Origin: an uncultured virus (IMG/VR IMGVR_UViG_3300029448_000002)
Lineage: Duplodnaviria; Heunggongvirae; Uroviricota; Caudoviricetes
Virus record (IMG/VR): IMGVR_UViG_3300029448_000002
Strand: one strand, 5' to 3'
DNA length: 64,000 bases
The first letter of the stretch is position 1. Each line of letters begins with the position of its first letter. Made by a program: the position numbers and the translations under genes. The notes beneath the pieces are model-generated. The model was given only the letters and a program-made list of their open reading frames with translations. It did not search any database and had not been told where the DNA came from. Positions 55,710 through 64,000 of the stretch are shown one piece after another.

Positions 55710-58700
55710 TTTTTACTCCAAGTCCCGCCTTCACCTTTGTACCATTTTGATGCCCAAGCGTTGGCATATGCTGATGGGTAGACATCAAACTTTGCTTTTG
55801 CTTTTGCAATGGCTTTTTTCCACAGAGCGGGATTGTTTGGTTTGTTCTCGCCCTCTGAAATAAACTTACCAAATGACATAAACGATTCGTTCTTCTTATC
55901 CAAACCTTTTGCTCCTGTGCTTACCATTACTGGTTTTTGTCCTTTTTTCGACTCGCCACCTTTGGCTTTGTCTCCTGATTTCTTTTGTGCATCGCGTTTG
56001 CGTTGAACAAACTTTGCTCGTCCTTCTTTGCCGAGTTGATCGGCTTTCTCGGCGGAAAGACAGGCTGAATAGGCTGCACCTTCCGGTGCGTCACCACACT
56101 TGCCAATACGCTCACCCGATGCGTTGTATCTATCCCAACCACCTTTTTCTTTTCCTCCTCCTCCGCCTTTGCCGAACCAGTCGCCAAGTCCAGAGTCTTT
56201 GTAAACTTCGTTCACATCCTCTGCGATAATTGTATAGGCATCTCTTCGCATACCAGACTTTTTGATGTATGCTTTCTTGAAGAAATCATCCAACATCTTT
56301 TCTGCTTTTTTCACTTGGTTTTTTGCAACAGCGAATGTGTCCGATGAACCTTTTTGCGTGACCATTGATGGTTGATTGGTAACTTTGATTCCGTTTGTGA
56401 TTAGGTGCATAAGAACCTCTTCACGATGTCTTCTTTGTCTATTCATTCTTGGACCCGGCTTACCACCACGACCACTCTTACCGCCGTGTGATGTGGTAGC
56501 CTGACCGGGAAGATAGGCTTCCTCATTCATCTCTTTTGTTTTCTTTTTCATCTCTTCAATAAACTTACGATACACAGCAGCCTCCGCAGTTTTTTTCATT
56601 ACTTTGGCTCGTTGCTCCATCGCAATCGCAGCCTGAATCTTGTGTGCGTGCGTCCGGTCAGACGCTTTGATTTTACGAACCGATGCCTCGGCAGTTTCTA
56701 CATCCTTGAAACCGAGTCCGTGGATTGTACCTCTTGGATCTTCGTCAGTATACAAGTCCGAGTGAGTATCGGGATCTTGGTTCTTGCGTGTTTTTGGAAC
56801 ACGCTTTTCCTCTCCCAGAAGTTCAAGACCATTCTTTTTGCGTAGAGCATTCATTTGTTGAATAATCTTTTTTTGTTTTGGTGAACCCGGCATAGTCCTC
56901 ATTGACTTCATAAACAACTTGTTGTGTTCACGTTCATCATTCTTATCTTTCCATTGATCATCCTCTTCCAAGTGCTTTCTCAAACTTGGGTCAACTAGGA
57001 CTTGCACCATAATCTCACCTCTAGTGCCTTTGATAACTTTACCATTAATTGATTCAGCCTTTTTTCTAGCAGTTTCTAAGTCTTTGAAAATATTTGGGTT
57101 TCCGTTTTTATCTTGAACGACAGAAACTTCAAGATCATTATCGATACGAGTCTTCACTGCTTCACGGAACATCGACATCGTGCGTCCGATTTCAGTTTGC
57201 TTATCACCCTTCTTGCGACCCTTGATGAGATTTTTGATTTCGTTCATTTCAAGGTCGCCATACAACTCAACTTTTACATCAGTTTTACCCACAGGTCTGT
57301 ATTGCTGCAAGCCCATCGTTGTTTTAGATTTCATTGTGAGTGGTGTTTCTTTGTCAATCAACTGTAAGATTTTTCGCAGTTCATTGTCGTTGAATCTTTT
57401 TCTTCCTGAAATCTCAGCGTATTCACCTTCAACAAAACGAACCCAGCCTCTATCCATTGCCATTAGTTCAACGCCGTAGTCAATGTCACGTTCGCCACTC
57501 TTCAACCTTTGCATCGCAAATTCAGCATCTTCTTCGGGGATTGGAGAATCCCGTTCTTTATATGTTTCAATCAAATGATTCAAAATCAACTTTTCGGTAA
57601 GACCATAGAATCTTGGATTATTTACAATCATCATAACGTGATACGGAGAATGTCCCTGAATGATTTGGGTCTTTCCAGTTTTCGGATTTACCCAACCCTT
57701 GTAGCCCGGAATGTTTGCTTCATCCAGTTCTTGATCTTCACGGAACATTGCCATCGTGCGTCCGATCTCGGTCTTTGGCTCTCGTCTTTTCGGTCTTCTG
57801 CCAAAGAGAAACTTCATCGCTTCACTATTTGAAGAATATCTTTCATCAACGTTCTTTGTTTTTCCTGTGTATTCTGCAAACTTTGTATCTTTGTAATTAC
57901 TGATGTAAATGGTATCAAGTTCTTTGAAGTTCTTGAATTTTTCAAGAAGCATAATACCTGACTTTTTGATATCTTTTGTAATGCCACGAAGAGCCATCAC
58001 TTTTCCGTAGACAGAATCTTCAAGAGTAAACGCCACCCAACCTTGTTTGATTGCAGGATATTCAATAGTCTCATCTCTGTCTGCGAGCCTCTCGTTTCGC
58101 TCAAGTTGCTTAAATCTTTTCAGTGATTCTTCACGACTAGGTTCATATTTTGGATTTCTTTTTAAAACAACATCAATGTAATGATCAATCAAATCATTCA
58201 TTGTTAGACCATACTTGCTCAAATTTTCAAGGATGTGGCTGGAGTGAAATGGTGAAGTTGTATTCCAAGCAATAATTTTCTTTGTTCGTGGATTCACCCA
58301 GCCTTTGATAAATTTTCTTGTTTCCTCGTAGATGCTCTTTTCCAAAGATTTGCAGTCCTCACAACCACAACCACAATTCAACATTTCTTCTTCTGGCTTA
58401 CCAAGTTTACCTTTTTTGGTGCTGCCGTCTGACCTTTTGATCATTCCGCGTGCCGACAAACGGGCTGCCAGTGTTGCACCGACAACTTTCATCGCTTTTT
58501 TGTAATCTACGTTATCAAGAGAGCCATACTCTGCTTTCAGTTTGGCTTTGGCTTTGTCAAGGTGATCTTTCATCTCCTTGCCTTTAAATTTTAAATCAGA
58601 CTCGGAAACCTTACCTTGTTTCAAAAGTTTAGAAACAGGGCTGTCTTTTTCCCAAAACTTACACGACCAGTATCCCGGCGTGGTTTTATCTGTTTTTTGA

Positions 58701-58900
58701 TCGCAGTTGTGTCTTGCACGAAAGTTTTTTAACCTGTCAGGATCATCACGTTTGATAGAGAGGTTTGGATCACCAAACTTTACCATAATGACGTTTCCGG
58801 ACTTTGGATTTTTTACATATACACCAAATTTCTTGTCAGAACCTTGGGGAAGTCTAAACGGATCATCAAGTTTAACTTCTTTGCCTTTATATTCTGCCAT
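55706..58900 (-). CDS. large modular (polyprotein-like) putative head protein
   Basis: Modules KKFGVYVKNP..FGDP..FRARHNC, duplicated KGWVNP module, HSDLYTDE, KFDVYPSAYAN; late promoter at 58919-58926. Confidence 0.75.
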   Translation of the reverse strand: MAEYKGKEVKLDDPFRLPQGSDKKFGVYVKNPKSGNVIMVKFGDPNLSIKRDDPDRLKNFRARHNCDQKTDKTTPGYWSCKFWEKDSPVSKLLKQGKVSESDLKFKGKEMKDHLDKAKAKLKAEYGSLDNVDYKKAMKVVGATLAARLSARGMIKRSDGSTKKGKLGKPEEEMLNCGCGCEDCKSLEKSIYEETRKFIKGWVNPRTKKIIAWNTTSPFHSSHILENLSKYGLTMNDLIDHYIDVVLKRNPKYEPSREESLKRFKQLERNERLADRDETIEYPAIKQGWVAFTLEDSVYGKVMALRGITKDIKKSGIMLLEKFKNFKELDTIYISNYKDTKFAEYTGKTKNVDERYSSNSEAMKFLFGRRPKRREPKTEIGRTMAMFREDQELDEANIPGYKGWVNPKTGKTQIIQGHSPYHVMMIVNNPRFYGLTEKLILNHLIETYKERDSPIPEEDAEFAMQRLKSGERDIDYGVELMAMDRGWVRFVEGEYAEISGRKRFNDNELRKILQLIDKETPLTMKSKTTMGLQQYRPVGKTDVKVELYGDLEMNEIKNLIKGRKKGDKQTEIGRTMSMFREAVKTRIDNDLEVSVVQDKNGNPNIFKDLETARKKAESINGKVIKGTRGEIMVQVLVDPSLRKHLEEDDQWKDKNDEREHNKLFMKSMRTMPGSPKQKKIIQQMNALRKKNGLELLGEEKRVPKTRKNQDPDTHSDLYTDEDPRGTIHGLGFKDVETAEASVRKIKASDRTHAHKIQAAIAMEQRAKVMKKTAEAAVYRKFIEEMKKKTKEMNEEAYLPGQATTSHGGKSGRGGKPGPRMNRQRRHREEVLMHLITNGIKVTNQPSMVTQKGSSDTFAVAKNQVKKAEKMLDDFFKKAYIKKSGMRRDAYTIIAEDVNEVYKDSGLGDWFGKGGGGGKEKGGWDRYNASGERIGKCGDAPEGAAYSACLSAEKADQLGKEGRAKFVQRKRDAQKKSGDKAKGGESKKGQKPVMVSTGAKGLDKKNESFMSFGKFISEGENKPNNPALWKKAIAKAKAKFDVYPSAYANAWASKWYKGEGGTWSKK

Positions 58901-58913
58901 AGCACTGCTCCTG

Positions 58914-59357
58914 CTAGGTATTTAGGCTTGCTCGGATCTCTCTAAGTTGCTGGAAGTCCTTGTTTTTTGTCCCCCCATCGTATGTCCAAGCGTATCCCTC
59001 TTTAATCATACGCTCATTGATGGATTCAGCGTCCTCACCAATGTAAAGCCAGCCAAGAAGCCGTCCGTATTTACCAAAACCACCATCAATTTCTGTTCTG
59101 ATTACGAGATCATCCTCACCCTCAATGGCTGATTCCAGTTGATCTTTCATCCAATTGGTGGCATCAATACCTAATTCTTTTTCTTCAAGGTCGCGTGTTC
59201 TTTTTTCGGGTGTATCTACGCCAGCGACACGAACACGTTCCTTTTTGTAAAGATCAAATCCAAGATCAATAATCACATCAATGGTGTCCCCATCAACGAC
59301 TTTCACGATCTCAGTGACTCTAAAGTTATAACACGATTTTCTGCTAGGTGGTTTCAT
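58914..59357 (-). CDS. thermonuclease (SNase-like)
   Basis: VVDGDTID, RVAGVDTPE, GKYGRLLG. Confidence 0.9.
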   Translation of the reverse strand: MKPPSRKSCYNFRVTEIVKVVDGDTIDVIIDLGFDLYKKERVRVAGVDTPEKRTRDLEEKELGIDATNWMKDQLESAIEGEDDLVIRTEIDGGFGKYGRLLGWLYIGEDAESINERMIKEGYAWTYDGGTKNKDFQQLREIRASLNT

Positions 59358-59370
59358 TGACTTATGTAGG

Positions 59371-61089
59371 TCACACGAGTCGGGAGAAGTTGCCTTGTTT
59401 CTGGAACGATACCTGATTTTGGAACTTATCTACAAGTTGATCTGCCTTGTGTGAAATCACAAAGATGTGACTGCGTGTAGACAGGTTATCCAAAAGTTTC
59501 AGGAAGTCATCAGAGCCAATGGCATCCAGCGATGCGTCAAACACTTCGTCAAGAATCAGCAGGTTTGTGTTTGCCGAGTTCTTGAGTCTGGACACCTCAC
59601 GCCAAGCCAGAAGAATGGCAAGGTCAATACGCATCTTTTCTCCCTCTGAGAATGACATATACGAGAAGTTGTCACGATGCCGACTCTTGATTGTTTCGTT
59701 GAAGTTTTCGTCCAGATCAAACGAAACATAGAAGTCCATCTCTTTGAGATGCTTGTTCACCAGTGCGTTGATAATCGGAAGATAGTAACGAATCACCTTG
59801 GCTTTGATACCGGAGTCCTTGAGCATATGTCCTGCGTGAGTAAAGGTGTTTTGCTTGACCAAAAGTTCTTCTTTTCTTTTAATCAACTTTTCACGATCTT
59901 CCATCACTTTCTCAAGTTGTGCTTTGACATCTTGGATATCGCCCTCTTCGGACTGTTGTAGTTTTTCTTTTTTTCCTTCAATCGCCTTGATTGCACAGCG
60001 AGCGTTTCTCTCCGTGGTGATGTGAGCGATTCTTTCGGATTTTAAATCTTCAATTTGTTTTTGAACCACTGAGATTTCGTTGCTTCGTTCAACCTGCTTC
60101 TGCTCCATCTCCTCCAGTTCAGCCAACGCAGCATTCAGGGTTTCAATTGTGTTGTCCGCCTTGGCTGTGGCTTCCGCCCGACTCTCTTCTGAGATTTCTT
60201 GATGGCAAGTAGGACAGTTTTTGTGATCTGTATAGAATTTACTATTCTTTTGATTTTCTTTAATCTCACGATTCATTCGCATTCTTGCTTGTGAATACTT
60301 TTGAATGCGTTGGTTCACCGTCTTCTCATCAGAGATTTTTAAAAGAAGTTCCGAAATCTTATCATCTAATGTCGTGATCTCATCTTCTGCGGAACCTCTG
60401 GTTTGATTTGCGACACTCAGTTCTTCGTTAAGCGTCACCAGTTGTTCGTCGCTTTTCTTTTCTAGAGACTTGACCAGATTCACAAGACCAGTTCCACGTT
60501 CTTTGTTAATAGAAAGTTGTCTTGTGATTTCGTTGATTTCTGTTTTGGTAGCCGAGGTCTTGTCTCTCAGCACAGAGTTCATATTTGAGAAAACTTGAAT
60601 ATCAAGAATATCCTCAATCACCGTCCGGCGGTCGGCTGCTGAAAGTTGCATAAACGGAACAAACGCAGACGCACCCAGAATCACCACCTGTGTGAAAGAC
60701 TTGTAGTTCATCTTGAGAACCTGATCCTCCAGCATCTTCTGATAATCTTTTGATCGGGCGATGACATCCAGCAACTCGCCGTTTTTGTGAACCTCAAACT
60801 TCTTCGGCTTGAGTCCACGGTGAATCATATACTCATCATCACCGATGTTAAATTCAACCTCAACCACGCAGTCTTTTTCGTTGACCGAGTTCACCAGTTG
60901 TGGAATGTTGATCTTACGAAACGGCTTACCAAACAATGCAAACGTGATGGAGTCTAGTAGGGCAAAAGACTTGCCGTGTCCGTTTAGTCCACTAACGAGA
61001 GTGGTGCGGTGACGGTTCAGATCAATCTCAGTAAAGTGATTGCCAAAGGAGCCAAAGTTTTTTAGTCTAATTTTTTTGAATTCAATCAT
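59371..61089 (-). CDS. gp46: recombination endonuclease ATPase subunit gp46 (Rad50/SbcC-like)
   Basis: GLNGHGKS, CPTC hook, FSEGEK, LDEVFD. Confidence 0.97.
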   Translation of the reverse strand: MIEFKKIRLKNFGSFGNHFTEIDLNRHRTTLVSGLNGHGKSFALLDSITFALFGKPFRKINIPQLVNSVNEKDCVVEVEFNIGDDEYMIHRGLKPKKFEVHKNGELLDVIARSKDYQKMLEDQVLKMNYKSFTQVVILGASAFVPFMQLSAADRRTVIEDILDIQVFSNMNSVLRDKTSATKTEINEITRQLSINKERGTGLVNLVKSLEKKSDEQLVTLNEELSVANQTRGSAEDEITTLDDKISELLLKISDEKTVNQRIQKYSQARMRMNREIKENQKNSKFYTDHKNCPTCHQEISEESRAEATAKADNTIETLNAALAELEEMEQKQVERSNEISVVQKQIEDLKSERIAHITTERNARCAIKAIEGKKEKLQQSEEGDIQDVKAQLEKVMEDREKLIKRKEELLVKQNTFTHAGHMLKDSGIKAKVIRYYLPIINALVNKHLKEMDFYVSFDLDENFNETIKSRHRDNFSYMSFSEGEKMRIDLAILLAWREVSRLKNSANTNLLILDEVFDASLDAIGSDDFLKLLDNLSTRSHIFVISHKADQLVDKFQNQVSFQKQGNFSRLV

Positions 61090-62144
61090 AAATCAAAACT
61101 TTCAAGGAACAAATCCTTGAACACATCTTTTAATCTCTCACACTCGTCTGGGTCATCTCTAAATGCCTCATCAACGTGCTGATTGATAAGTGTCAAGGTA
61201 TCGGTGGACAAAGCCTCCTCGTCAATGGTCGCATCATCAACGGGATTGTTGGCTTCGTTTTCAAGAAACGTCACGCTCTCTGGTGCTTGATCGTAGATTC
61301 TCTCAAGCATCCGATCAAACTTTGCAGGGTCTTTCTTTTCGTGAACAAAGACCTTGACATAAGACTTTTTGTATTGCTTGTAGTCAATTGCGTCAATGTC
61401 AATATTATCACGATACGGAATCGCAAAGAAAATACGATGAGGATTTTCTACAAACTCAATCTCATCGGTGTCTGTATCATAAATGTGAAAACCTTTTTTC
61501 TCAAACAGATCAGAAAAGGTCATCTGATAAGCAGTGCCAAAGTAGCATACATTGTTTTCTTCGTGCTTCTGGTGAAAGTGTCCAGACCAGACTCTATCAA
61601 AACGATCACAGAATTTAGGATCTTGTCCGCCGGTATGCTTCACGTTTCTCATCACTTGATATCCGTCAAGTTCAAAGTGACCACAGAGAATCGGGGCATC
61701 TACAGTTTTGATCCAGTTTAAGATGTCATCTTGATTCTCTTTGTTGATCCACGGAACCAAAGCAAAGTTTTTGTTGCCAAGACCTAAGATTATAGGATCA
61801 GTATAGATGTGAAAGTTTGGATACTTATCACCAAACAACTCTTTGGGAGAGTTGACTTCGTTTGTGTTTTTGAAATAAGTATCGTGATTGCCGACAATAC
61901 AGTGAACGTTGACTTTTTCAGCAAGCAGACGGTCCATAAACCGAGTTCGCATTTGATGAAGCGTGTGAAAGTTCACATACTTCCGGCGATCCATCAGATC
62001 ACCCAAGTGCAAAACGTTTGTGATTCCCTGCTCCTTGATCGTAGGAAAAAACACATCCTCAAAAAACTTGAATGTGTGTTCTAAGAAAATCTGGGAATCA
62101 CCTTTTGCACCAAAGTGCGTGTCGGTGATAATTGCAATCTTCAA
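61086..62144 (-). CDS. gp47: recombination endonuclease subunit gp47 (Mre11/SbcD-like)
   Basis: TDTHFG, LGDLMD, GNHD, GHFE, SGHFH. Confidence 0.97.
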   Translation of the reverse strand: MKIAIITDTHFGAKGDSQIFLEHTFKFFEDVFFPTIKEQGITNVLHLGDLMDRRKYVNFHTLHQMRTRFMDRLLAEKVNVHCIVGNHDTYFKNTNEVNSPKELFGDKYPNFHIYTDPIILGLGNKNFALVPWINKENQDDILNWIKTVDAPILCGHFELDGYQVMRNVKHTGGQDPKFCDRFDRVWSGHFHQKHEENNVCYFGTAYQMTFSDLFEKKGFHIYDTDTDEIEFVENPHRIFFAIPYRDNIDIDAIDYKQYKKSYVKVFVHEKKDPAKFDRMLERIYDQAPESVTFLENEANNPVDDATIDEEALSTDTLTLINQHVDEAFRDDPDECERLKDVFKDLFLESFDL

Positions 62145-62677
62145 AATAACTCTCCGTCGCCTGTAGAACCTTTGGCTCTTTTCTTACGCTTTTTCTTCGG
62201 TTCCATATTTACGATGTCGTTATCAGTCAGTCTAAGGTGAGCGGCATATGGATTCTCATTTTGCTTATCTGGATCAAGAATCGCAGCCAGTTCACCCTTT
62301 GCGTCTGCTGCTTCCATTAGTTTGTATTTGATATGATCTTGTTTTTTCTCACGTTGAATTCTTCTGAGAAAAGCATAATACGTTATCTGAGTGAAATATG
62401 CAAATGGGTTCTTGGATTTATCTGGATCAAAGTTGCCTGCATACATCAGACAGTTCTCAATCGCATCTCCGACCATTTCTTCTCGGAACGGATAATTTAC
62501 AAAGTTTGGGCGGGTTGACAAACGCTCTGCAATCAAAAGAAAACACTCACCAATGTATTGCGTCACTGGTGGCTTTGGGTCGTCTGTCTCTTCTGCACTT
62601 TTGACTTGATTTTTCCACTCAATCATTTCCGAGTAGAATAATTTATTGTCAATGTAGTGATCTTTGTTCTTCGCCAT
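62141..62677 (-). CDS. gp55: late-transcription sigma factor gp55
   Basis: HYIDNK, PNFVNY, DAIENC, NPFAYFTQITYYAFLRRIQREK. Confidence 0.97.
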   Translation of the reverse strand: MAKNKDHYIDNKLFYSEMIEWKNQVKSAEETDDPKPPVTQYIGECFLLIAERLSTRPNFVNYPFREEMVGDAIENCLMYAGNFDPDKSKNPFAYFTQITYYAFLRRIQREKKQDHIKYKLMEAADAKGELAAILDPDKQNENPYAAHLRLTDNDIVNMEPKKKRKKRAKGSTGDGELF

Positions 62678-62683
62678 AATAAA

Positions 62684-62711
62684 ATTTTACACCCTTTTAT
62701 TCTTATGTCAA
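62684..62711 (-). promoter_or_regulatory. sigma70-like promoter TTGACA-N16-TAAAAT for gp55
   Basis: Directly upstream of the gp55 ATG. Confidence 0.7.
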
Positions 62712-63326
62712 GTAATCATCTAATTTTGGCGACCAATCCATAAAAGATTCTCCATAATCTTTTCGGTTTTTGTTGTCGATCATTTCAACGTCAACGTCAA
62801 TATCGTCATCGTCGATGATTTCCTTGATTGATTCTGGGTCCATTCCCATTGCCTCTAAGGCTTCTTCAATATCCCGATCATCCATTTCTTTGTCGATCTG
62901 GTTTTTCATATCATCAATCTTTGCTGCGACGATCTTTAAGATATTGTCAATATTCGGCGGAGGGGTTTGTGGTTTTTTGCCGAAGGGAAGTTTCATTTGT
63001 CGTGGGTCATCCATCTTAAATCCCATCTGAGGATTGTCATCAAGTTTCTTTTGGTATTCATATGCTTGAAGAATGTCTGGGTCACAATCAAAAATACCAA
63101 GAATGTGATCTCTCGGAATGTCAATGTGATTGGATGTGGTTGCTTTCAGCCAGTCTACCAGAACGACTGTTTCTCTTTTACTGCCATTGAGATTGTCAAC
63201 GTAGTGCATCACTTTGAGGAGCATCGGACGCTCAAGACGAATAAACTCTTTTGTGTTTTTGATAAGATGTGCAACGATGTCATCGCCGCTCTTCAATTTA
63301 AGAATCTTGAAGGGGGTTTTGCTCAT
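62703..63326 (-). CDS. conserved T4-like protein (Sm-like N-terminus)
   Basis: ILKLKSGDDIVA pattern; synteny between uvsW and gp55. Confidence 0.7.
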   Translation of the reverse strand: MSKTPFKILKLKSGDDIVAHLIKNTKEFIRLERPMLLKVMHYVDNLNGSKRETVVLVDWLKATTSNHIDIPRDHILGIFDCDPDILQAYEYQKKLDDNPQMGFKMDDPRQMKLPFGKKPQTPPPNIDNILKIVAAKIDDMKNQIDKEMDDRDIEEALEAMGMDPESIKEIIDDDDIDVDVEMIDNKNRKDYGESFMDWSPKLDDYLT

Positions 63327-64000
63327 TCCGTTCTCCCTGTAATGGTATTGAGATCACTGAGTAATCAAACTTCTCAGCGTCATAAATCTTTTTACGTTCT
63401 ATAAAATGACGAAGAGTGTGATTCTTATACTTTTTCCACGACAAGTCATCACATATATCGTAGAGTCGTGCGGTGCTTTTGTGAATAGACTTTCTAAGTT
63501 GTCTTCCAATACTTTGCAGCACCCTGACCCGACTCTTTGACGGTGATGAGAACACAATATTATTTAGGCGTTTGATGTTCACGCCAGTGGAAAATGTTCC
63601 GTAGGACGCAAGGATGATTCCGTTGTCAATTGTTTCTGCAACTTTGCGGGCTTCCTCACGCTGCTCAACGTCAGTCCCACCGTGAATATAGAACACAGGT
63701 TTTCCACAATCTTTTAGCATTTCGTTTAGAACCTTTCCGTGCTTCTCCACAAATTGGAACAGTATGAGTGTGTTGCCTTTTGTCTTCAAGGCTAAATCAC
63801 ATATAAACTTGTTTCGTCTTTCGTCAGTGATGAGCCATTCTATCTCATCTTGATACGGTGTTCTTCTAATCCGCTGTCTATCGCTACCGGAATATTTTAG
63901 CAGCAAGCAGTCAATAGTCAAGTTGGTAAGCAACTTCTTTTCCATCAACTTCTTAGTCGTAATAATCTTTTTAGCCGGACCAAACAATCCCTCAATCACT
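63298..64000 (-). CDS. uvsW: UvsW helicase (5'-truncated by the window)
   Basis: VEKHG, ASYGTFSTGVNI, SPSKS..RVLQSIGR.LR, LYDICDD. Confidence 0.95.
   Translation of the reverse strand, partial: VIEGLFGPAKKIITTKKLMEKKLLTNLTIDCLLLKYSGSDRQRIRRTPYQDEIEWLITDERRNKFICDLALKTKGNTLILFQFVEKHGKVLNEMLKDCGKPVFYIHGGTDVEQREEARKVAETIDNGIILASYGTFSTGVNIKRLNNIVFSSPSKSRVRVLQSIGRQLRKSIHKSTARLYDICDDLSWKKYKNHTLRHFIERKKIYDAEKFDYSVISIPLQGERNEQNPLQDS

Noticed and set aside
1..64000. CRISPR array or rRNA
   Set aside because: No regularly spaced repeat-spacer array and no rRNA-like sequence seen; the 16S-like TAGGAGGTGATC at 14751 is just a long SD
1..64000. Alternative genetic code (stop-codon reassignment)
   Set aside because: Core genes are full length and tightly packed under the standard code; TAA, TGA and TAG all end genes; no suppressor tRNA

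Overview
This is a 64-kb fragment of a large T4-like (Tevenvirinae/cyanomyovirus-like) myophage genome. The minus-strand arm (~22.2-64 kb) carries the T4 replication, recombination and late-transcription core (uvsW, gp55, gp47/46, gp45/44/62, regA, gp43, uvsX, gp41, gp61), nucleotide metabolism genes (thyX, class II nrdJ, dUTPase), a glycosylation island (GT11, GT6, two GT25-like, GT2-TPR, pyruvyl-transferase-like, ColD/ColC-like, GalE), two fibre-like genes, an HNH endonuclease and a porin. The plus-strand arm (1-22.2 kb) is accessory. It has four tRNAs, GroES, Hsp20 behind a ROSE-like leader, an i-type lysozyme-like enzyme and many tiny membrane proteins. It also has a late-expressed secreted cassette (two dockerin-like proteins and a PEP-CTERM-like protein), a run of proteins with T4-like capsid-targeting N-termini including a nucleotidyltransferase-RimK-RimB fusion, and a candidate holin plus frameshifted u-spanin. 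The sorting signals suggest a Planctomycetota (Phycisphaerales-like) host, which is an inference. Genome-wide patterns are sigma70-like promoters with a consistent 16-bp spacer, NNTAAATA late promoters, and apparent avoidance of AGCT, GGCC, CATG and CCWGG. All calls come from recognising motifs by eye; no searches were run.
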